A stretch of 63,984 nucleotides of DNA from a virus (Duplodnaviria > Caudoviricetes), in the IMG/VR virus record IMGVR_UViG_3300007609_000018, positions 1 through 63,984 of that record. One strand, written 5' to 3'. The translations under genes and the position numbers were made by a program. Position 1 is the first letter of the stretch; each line of letters opens with the position of its first letter. Shown piece by piece: positions 58,240 through 63,984 of this stretch. Below the pieces are notes generated by a model that was not told the DNA's origin, made no database searches, and saw only the letters and a list, made by a program, of their open reading frames with translations.

Positions 58240-58653
58240 CTATCTACGGAATAATCTAACACCGTCTACTTCTTCAAAATCTAAATCTCTTACTTTGCTT
58301 AAAACAGAATTTCCAAATTCAGAAAGTTTATCGTACAATTCCTTTAAGCGATTTTCATCCTCTCTATTATCACATAATTCTACCCATCTTCTTATAAGTT
58401 CTCTGTTTAATTCTGGGTGGTTTAATGAGTTGTTTTTAAGTTTATGAAATTCTGCACTCCAATATGCTACCGTATCGCTTATTTGTTTTACTTTCATTTC
58501 AAGTGGGTAGCATCTATCGCTTACATCACTACTTACTAACCTAAGCACTCCATCACTAACACTTGTAATTCTGTTTTCCTCTGTTTCCATTATTTGTTGA
58601 AGTTTGAAATCACAGAAACACCAATCTTCTTTTTTAAACTTTAAATTTTTCAT
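58240..58653 (-). CDS. hypothetical protein
   Basis: 137-aa ORF between the two arrays. Confidence 0.65.
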   Translation of the reverse strand: MKNLKFKKEDWCFCDFKLQQIMETEENRITSVSDGVLRLVSSDVSDRCYPLEMKVKQISDTVAYWSAEFHKLKNNSLNHPELNRELIRRWVELCDNREDENRLKELYDKLSEFGNSVLSKVRDLDFEEVDGVRLFRR

Positions 58654-58669
58654 CTGTTATATTTTTTAA

Positions 58670-58697
58670 GTTGTTTATTATTAGATTTTAGCAGTAA
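58670..58697 (+). other. degenerate attI-like boundary site
   Basis: GTTGTTTATTATTAGAT-TTTAGCAGTA versus GTTGGCAGTA expected from the complement of 58973-58982. Confidence 0.4.
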
Positions 58698-58700
58698 TAG

Positions 58701-59033
58701 CTACTCACTACCGTTAAACCTTAGTGGTTGCTTACCCAATAGTGCAATCATTTCTTCGGTTCGTTTCTCGTTATACTCTTGGTATTCTTTAGGTGTCATT
58801 AACTTATAACCATCGCTTTCAAATACTTGAAACCTTTTTCGTAGTTTCTTATTAATCCAAGAGTAATAACGTTCCCAACTATCTAAATCTCTTGGCTTAA
58901 ACATATCTCCTGCCGTATCAATATCGTCAAGTAATTCCCAAAGAAATTCGGCTTGCTTTCTGTCAATTTTACTACTGCCAACAACAGGTGTAGTGCATTG
59001 CTCTGTTTTGTTCTTTTTGCTATCGTCTTTCAT
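58701..59033 (-). CDS. hypothetical cassette protein, start codon inside attC-like site
   Basis: N-terminal MKDDSKKNKTEQCTTPVV is encoded by the hairpin. Confidence 0.6.
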   Translation of the reverse strand: MKDDSKKNKTEQCTTPVVGSSKIDRKQAEFLWELLDDIDTAGDMFKPRDLDSWERYYSWINKKLRKRFQVFESDGYKLMTPKEYQEYNEKRTEEMIALLGKQPLRFNGSE

Positions 59034-59106
59034 TTATCTAGATTTAAGTGTTACTAATTAAGTTCGTGCTGTAAGGTTGTCACACACCATACCCAAAACG
59101 TTATAC
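58974..59106 (+). repeat. attC-like imperfect inverted repeat #7
   Basis: GCCAAC-aaca-GGTGTAGTGCATTGC ... GTCACACACCATACC-caaaac-GTTATAC. Confidence 0.6.
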
Positions 59107-59112
59107 TCAACG

Positions 59113-60171
59113 TTACTTTTCTATATGAGCAACAACCTTATCAATCAAAGCATTTACATCTGAATACATCTTTTGATTCTTCTTTGATTTAAAAGAATAT
59201 TTTGTTTTTAATTCTAATAAATCTGCTTTCAAGTCTGCTACCTTTTCAATGTCGCCTTTTGATAGTTCTAGTTGCCTTGCTTTTTCTTCTTCTGCCAACC
59301 TATCCTTTTCTTGTTGTTCTTTGGCTTTTAACTTAGCTGCTAACTCGTCTTTTGCTTTCTGTTCAGCTTCAAGTTTGGCTTTGTTTTCAGCATCTATTTT
59401 GGCTTGTTTTGATCTTTCTTCTTCTTGCTGTTGTTTTAATTTTTCATTTTCTTCTCTGATTCTTTCTTGCTCAAAATCATAGGCCTCTTTTTCAGACTTT
59501 AATTCCTTTAGTTTAGATTGAAATTCATCTTCAGACATTTCTCTTAAATCTAAATCTTCGTATAAAAAATTAAAATAAGGTCTTAATAATACTTGTCTTG
59601 AATGGCTTAACTCAGTTTTCTCACGTTCTATCCTTTCTTGTTCTAATCTATCTTCTTCTGCTTTCTTAATTGCAGCTTGTTCATCTTCCCATGCCGTTTT
59701 CTTTGCACTTAAATACGCTTGCCATACATCTTCTTCCATTGCTGATAAATTGCGCTCTGCTGCATCTTCTAAGTACGGCTCTAATTCAGATACTCTTTTT
59801 TGTTGAAGTTTGTCTAAACGCTCTTTTTCAAGGTTTTCATAGTAGTTCTCAATTTCAGATAGCTTTTCTTCCATTTGCACTACCGGTTCTGTTAGTTTAT
59901 TTTTAATTGCATCAACAAACTTTCCTGCTTGTAAAAAGTATTGCTTTTCTACCTTATGGATTTTAGCTACACCTGTTCTAACTTTTACAAGTTTCTTTCT
60001 TAATTCAGATGCTTTTCCTACTAAATCTTCTGATATTTCAGCATTAATTATTTCAGCATACACTTTTTCATACCCTTTCTTTTCTTCTATTTTAGGAAAG
60101 AATGATTGCTCTATGCTTATTGCTTTTTCTGGTTGCAAATTAAAATCTTCGTGTTTTACTATTTGTGTCAT
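59113..60171 (-). CDS. coiled-coil protein (DUF1351-like, recombination-module associated)
   Basis: A..LR..LVKVRT...K..K...L..GKFVD...LTEP...ME..L; long E/K-rich coil. Confidence 0.55.
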   Translation of the reverse strand: MTQIVKHEDFNLQPEKAISIEQSFFPKIEEKKGYEKVYAEIINAEISEDLVGKASELRKKLVKVRTGVAKIHKVEKQYFLQAGKFVDAIKNKLTEPVVQMEEKLSEIENYYENLEKERLDKLQQKRVSELEPYLEDAAERNLSAMEEDVWQAYLSAKKTAWEDEQAAIKKAEEDRLEQERIEREKTELSHSRQVLLRPYFNFLYEDLDLREMSEDEFQSKLKELKSEKEAYDFEQERIREENEKLKQQQEEERSKQAKIDAENKAKLEAEQKAKDELAAKLKAKEQQEKDRLAEEEKARQLELSKGDIEKVADLKADLLELKTKYSFKSKKNQKMYSDVNALIDKVVAHIEK

Positions 60172-60190
60172 CTTTTTTGTGTTTTAAATG

Positions 60191-60394
60191 TTATTTAATT
60201 GGTTTCCAAACCACAATCATTTGTGGTCCTGTAATATCTATTTTCATTCCGTTTTCATATTCTACTGAATACAGAACTTCGTTAATTTCTCTTTCGTAAT
60301 ATTTGTCAATACTTTTAACACCTTCTACTCCTACTTCATATCGTCTGTACTGTCCACAAATTTGTGTTTCCACTTGATGTATATATCTACTCAT
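60191..60394 (-). CDS. hypothetical protein
   Basis: 67-aa ORF. Confidence 0.55.
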   Translation of the reverse strand: MSRYIHQVETQICGQYRRYEVGVEGVKSIDKYYEREINEVLYSVEYENGMKIDITGPQMIVVWKPIK

Positions 60395-60728
60395 CGTTTC
60401 TATTTATCATTTTATCTAATTCGTTTAATTTCTTGATATTTAAAATGTAGTGTTTTATGCCACCTACCCTATCTATTTTGACAAACCCCCTATCCTTTAA
60501 CATCTTTACATTATAATGATATGTTGGTCTTTTACATCTAAAGTATGAGAAGAAATCATCGGTTGGTTTCATTCCTTCAGATAAACTCTTTAGCATATCC
60601 ATAGATAATTGATTTGTAAGGCATTTTAGATCACTTTCTAAATCTACAACATCTGTCATTCTAATTTTAATATCCGTTCCTGTACCGTCTTTGTAGGTAA
60701 GGTTTTTATCTAATAGTGTTCTTGCCAT
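60387..60728 (-). CDS. winged-helix DNA-binding protein
   Basis: RPTYHYNVKMLKDRGFVKIDRVG..KHYILN, ArsR-like wHTH. Confidence 0.55.
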   Translation of the reverse strand: MARTLLDKNLTYKDGTGTDIKIRMTDVVDLESDLKCLTNQLSMDMLKSLSEGMKPTDDFFSYFRCKRPTYHYNVKMLKDRGFVKIDRVGGIKHYILNIKKLNELDKMINRNDE

Positions 60729-60890
60729 TACTTTTTGTTTTGTAGTTCTAAATCAACTTCTTCTAGTTTTTGATAAGCACCTTTAACTTCTTCTCTCATT
60801 TCAAAGGTTACCTTTTCGCCACAAATGACAGCACTCTTTAAAAATGCTATTGTGTTTTTTACTGATTCTAATTTTTTATTTTTCATTGTT

Positions 60891-61076
60891 TTATTTTTTA
60901 ACTATTTTATATCCAGAACTATCTAATCCTTTTAGTATATTTTCAACTATTTGATTAGCTTCTTTTACGGTCAATACTGCGCTTAATGCAGTTTCATCTT
61001 CATTCCACCTTAAAATCCATATAGCATCTTGTAGTGCTATGTTTATTTCTCTGTCATTTTTTTTTAAGTTTCTCAT
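60891..61076 (-). CDS. hypothetical protein
   Basis: ends in GYKIVKK. Confidence 0.5.
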   Translation of the reverse strand: MRNLKKNDREINIALQDAIWILRWNEDETALSAVLTVKEANQIVENILKGLDSSGYKIVKK

Positions 61077-61077
61077 G

Positions 61078-61329
61078 TTATAACATTTTTGATTCAGCTT
61101 CTTTATAAAGTTTATATGAAAGTTCTAAATGGGCTTTTTCTAATTCTTTAACTGTTTTATTTTTTACTGTTTTACTATAAGGATGATCCTCTATTATCTC
61201 ACTTAAAATTTCAACTTTAAGTTTATCTCTACTTGACATTTTCATTTGAGATAATAATTTGTTTTTCATATTTACAATGGTAAACCAATGTTTTTGTAAC
61301 TCTTCTTTTGCTTTTTTACTTTTAGCCAT
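61078..61329 (-). CDS. hypothetical protein
   Basis: 83-aa ORF. Confidence 0.55.
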   Translation of the reverse strand: MAKSKKAKEELQKHWFTIVNMKNKLLSQMKMSSRDKLKVEILSEIIEDHPYSKTVKNKTVKELEKAHLELSYKLYKEAESKML

Positions 61330-61338
61330 AACTATTTT

Positions 61339-62748
61339 TTAAAATGGTAAATCTTCTACTATCTCTTCCTTGTTGTTGTTTAATAATATTTCTTCTCCTG
61401 TTTCTGTATCATAGATAAAATCACTAAACGAACTATAATGCTTGTCAAATTTAGACCAAAACACACCTAAATCGCCTCCTCTGTGCTTCTCTACTATAAG
61501 ACAACCCAAACCCTTACAACTTGATTTATTTGCTCGTGGTGCTATCTTAGTTTCGATATTGTAGTATTCTGGTCTGTATGCAAACATTACTACATCAGCA
61601 TCTTGTTCTATACCCCCAGAACCTCTTAAATCAGATAGTTTTGGTTTTGGTATTTTCCTATCTTCTACTTTTCTTGATAATTGTGATAGTGCTATTACGG
61701 CAATATTTAATTCCTTAGCTATTTCTTTTAATCCTTTTGAAATGTCATTTAACTCGGCATTATCATTTCCTCTATAATCTTTCCCTATTTTTCCTGTCAT
61801 TAACTGAACATAATCTACTATAAGTAATTTAAGTCCTTTTTCTTTTTTCAACTTTCTTGCTTTGCTTTTTAAGTGTGTTATACTCAATCCTACTACCGGA
61901 TCTACAAATATGTTTGGATATTTAGATATTTCTTTACGTATATCCTTTAAAGCTGCATCTTTATACTGCATTTTAGTAAACACCTTTGAATTTGTTTTTA
62001 ATCCTCTAGCTATTATTCTGGACCAAACTTGAAATGCTGACATCTCTAATGATATTATAGCTGTTGGTACTCCAGAATTTCTTGCAAAATCAGTTGCTTT
62101 TGCACTCTTTCCCATTCCTGGCCTTCCACCTAAAACAATAAAATCAGTATATTGCCACCCACTTGTACATTTATCTAAATATGTAAATCCACTTGGAATA
62201 CCTGTTATGCCATCATCTTCTTCTTCTGTTTTTGTATTTACATTTTCTTCAAATACTTTAATTGCTTTAACTGCATCAACAGGTTCTTCCACACTAGCAA
62301 ATGCAGATATGTTATTTATCTCTTGATTAGCTTTATCAATCGTTTCAAACACATCAATAGAATCTTCATAAAAATTAGTTAGCAAGTTTCCAGATGTTTC
62401 TATTCCTTTTCTTCTCAAGTATTTTTCAATAATAATTTCACAATACTTAGATATATTGTTTTTTCCTGTTTGCTTTTTAACTAATTCAGCTAAATATTGA
62501 AACCCACCTATCTCTTCAAGTTTCTTTTCTTTTTTCAACTCATTGCTTACCAATAGGGTATCTATCTTTTCATTCCTATTGTATAATGTCATTATTGTTG
62601 AATACACTATCTCATTTTTAGTATTATAAAAATGCTTTGGCTCTAACATATCTACTTCCCCTATATTGTCTTGGTTGGCTAATAAAGAACCTAATAGAGA
62701 ATTTTCAAAATCAATAGCTTGTGGTAATATTTTGCCTAAATCGTTCAC
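61339..62748 (-). CDS. dnaB: replicative DNA helicase
   Basis: GRPGMGKS, SLEMS, IVDYVQLM, LSQLSR, SDLRGSGGIEQDAD. Confidence 0.95.
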   Translation of the reverse strand: MNDLGKILPQAIDFENSLLGSLLANQDNIGEVDMLEPKHFYNTKNEIVYSTIMTLYNRNEKIDTLLVSNELKKEKKLEEIGGFQYLAELVKKQTGKNNISKYCEIIIEKYLRRKGIETSGNLLTNFYEDSIDVFETIDKANQEINNISAFASVEEPVDAVKAIKVFEENVNTKTEEEDDGITGIPSGFTYLDKCTSGWQYTDFIVLGGRPGMGKSAKATDFARNSGVPTAIISLEMSAFQVWSRIIARGLKTNSKVFTKMQYKDAALKDIRKEISKYPNIFVDPVVGLSITHLKSKARKLKKEKGLKLLIVDYVQLMTGKIGKDYRGNDNAELNDISKGLKEIAKELNIAVIALSQLSRKVEDRKIPKPKLSDLRGSGGIEQDADVVMFAYRPEYYNIETKIAPRANKSSCKGLGCLIVEKHRGGDLGVFWSKFDKHYSSFSDFIYDTETGEEILLNNNKEEIVEDLPF

Positions 62749-63251
62749 TATCCTTCAAATTTTGTGTAAAAACTATCTTGATCACTCTCTACCTGCCCTA
62801 TCATATCTTTTATTACTTGCCACCTTAAAGACCTACTCAATAATCTCTTCCAATTCTTTACAGGTCTATCTTGTTTGCCCCATTTCCAATCTCTATCTTC
62901 ATAGTAACTTACAAAGTATTCAGACACTTCTTCTGCTACCGATTCAGATATTTCTAATTTTTCTAATAAATGATCTACTACTTCTTTTCCTGTTGGCGGT
63001 GTAAATCCATCTAAAACAACTTTATTTTCCTTAACTATCCCTAATTCTTTTTTTATCTCTTTGGAAAGTTTTAAATAACCATTAATATTTCGCAGATACT
63101 TTTGTTTTACGAGCATATTAATTGTATCGGGTACTATTTGCTCATCTACATTAAAACGATTGCTTAAACGCTTTAAATCAGCTTTTAATCGTTTTGAAGT
63201 GATTAACTGTATAGTCAGTTTGTTAGTGAATATTATTTGTTCGTTTGTCAT
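62748..63251 (-). CDS. putative replication initiator / helicase loader
   Basis: N-terminal wHTH-like region; FTPPT.KEV...FVSYY...W.....VKNWK; coupled to dnaB. Confidence 0.6.
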   Translation of the reverse strand: MTNEQIIFTNKLTIQLITSKRLKADLKRLSNRFNVDEQIVPDTINMLVKQKYLRNINGYLKLSKEIKKELGIVKENKVVLDGFTPPTGKEVVDHLLEKLEISESVAEEVSEYFVSYYEDRDWKWGKQDRPVKNWKRLLSRSLRWQVIKDMIGQVESDQDSFYTKFEG

Positions 63252-63318
63252 TTTTTAGTTGGTTTTTTAATTAAATCTTTAAAATTTTGGTTTAAATATG
63301 GTTGATAGCTAGGTGGAA

Positions 63319-63528
63319 CTAGAATGACACTATTATCATGTTGCCATATCCATTACCTAAATTATAGTTTGAGCATAATGGTTGTATTATTATTTTATAA
63401 TCAAATATACCCTTATCAATCATAGTTATTACGCCCATTCCATCATAAACAGCATCGCCACATTTGCTAACATTATGGCGTTGTAGCCATAATTCTAATT
63501 GTTGTAATTTACCTTGTTTATTCATAAT
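63319..63528 (-). CDS. hypothetical protein
   Basis: probable start MNKQGK near 63525 within the listed 63319-63615 ORF. Confidence 0.35.
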   Translation of the reverse strand: MMNKQGKLQQLELWLQRHNVSKCGDAVYDGMGVITMIDKGIFDYKIIIQPLCSNYNLGNGYGNMIIVSF

Positions 63529-63565
63529 AGTCAATGTTTTATATTTGGGTGAGTATATATGGTAG

Positions 63566-63826
63566 TTACCTATGTATTCTCGGATTGTTTTCACACCAAA
63601 CCTTGAACCTTTCATACTTATCGTTATCTACAATTACTTTGTAGCCTTTATCCTCTTTCTCTTGACCTTTAATTACATACTTTCCAGAAAAAGCAAATGC
63701 ACAATCTAAATCATCATCTATTATTGATTGCTCAATAGTTGCTCTACTTGCACCTGTTTCAAACATTACTTTTCCTATTGACTTTACATTAGGAATACTG
63801 TTTATTACTATGTTTATTAATGCCAT
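63566..63826 (-). CDS. hypothetical protein (possible excisionase-like HTH)
   Basis: 86-aa ORF. Confidence 0.5.
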   Translation of the reverse strand: MALINIVINSIPNVKSIGKVMFETGASRATIEQSIIDDDLDCAFAFSGKYVIKGQEKEDKGYKVIVDNDKYERFKVWCENNPRIHR

Positions 63827-63984
63827 TATATTGTGTTTTTATCTATTGCTAAATTGTTTTCTATTAAGTTGTGAATGTCAAAGTGATGTTTGTATAGTAA
63901 TTGAACAAGTCCGTAAGGTAGGTTTTCAGCTTTAATATTTTTTATTTCATAAATTTCTATATCAAATTTATCTAAATATCCTGC

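Noticed and set aside
1-63984. Stop-codon reassignment as in some crAss-like phages
   Set aside because: Core genes are full length in the standard code, and TAA, TAG and TGA all terminate genes.
1-63984. tRNA genes, CRISPR arrays, integrase, reverse transcriptase/DGR
   Set aside because: None recognised by eye; the palindromes are not regularly spaced identical repeats. tRNAscan-SE and HMM searches would be needed to exclude them.

Overview
This AT-rich window is most of the genome of a tailed phage, probably a podovirus infecting Bacteroidetes/Flavobacteriia. The left arm (minus strand, ~1-38.4 kb) holds lysis genes, ejection/cargo proteins including a 3231-aa polyvalent-type protein, and a crAss-like morphogenesis block (tail stabilization, ring proteins, capsid, scaffold, portal, terminase). 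It also carries a GroES-like gene and a stand-alone 211-aa HisRS catalytic core. A 1.6-kb non-coding divergent control region (38.4-40.0 kb) contains a dif-like XerCD site. Small plus-strand early genes follow (40-47 kb), then a minus-strand lambda-like replication/recombination block (DnaG, RecT, RuvC, DnaQ, YqaJ, DnaB, initiator). The main unexplained structure is a dispersed integron-like cassette system: seven attC-like hairpins and six attI-like short sites delimit seven single-gene cassettes at six loci. Two cassettes carry DNA methyltransferases, and no integrase is present in the window. All calls are from visual motif reading; no searches were run.
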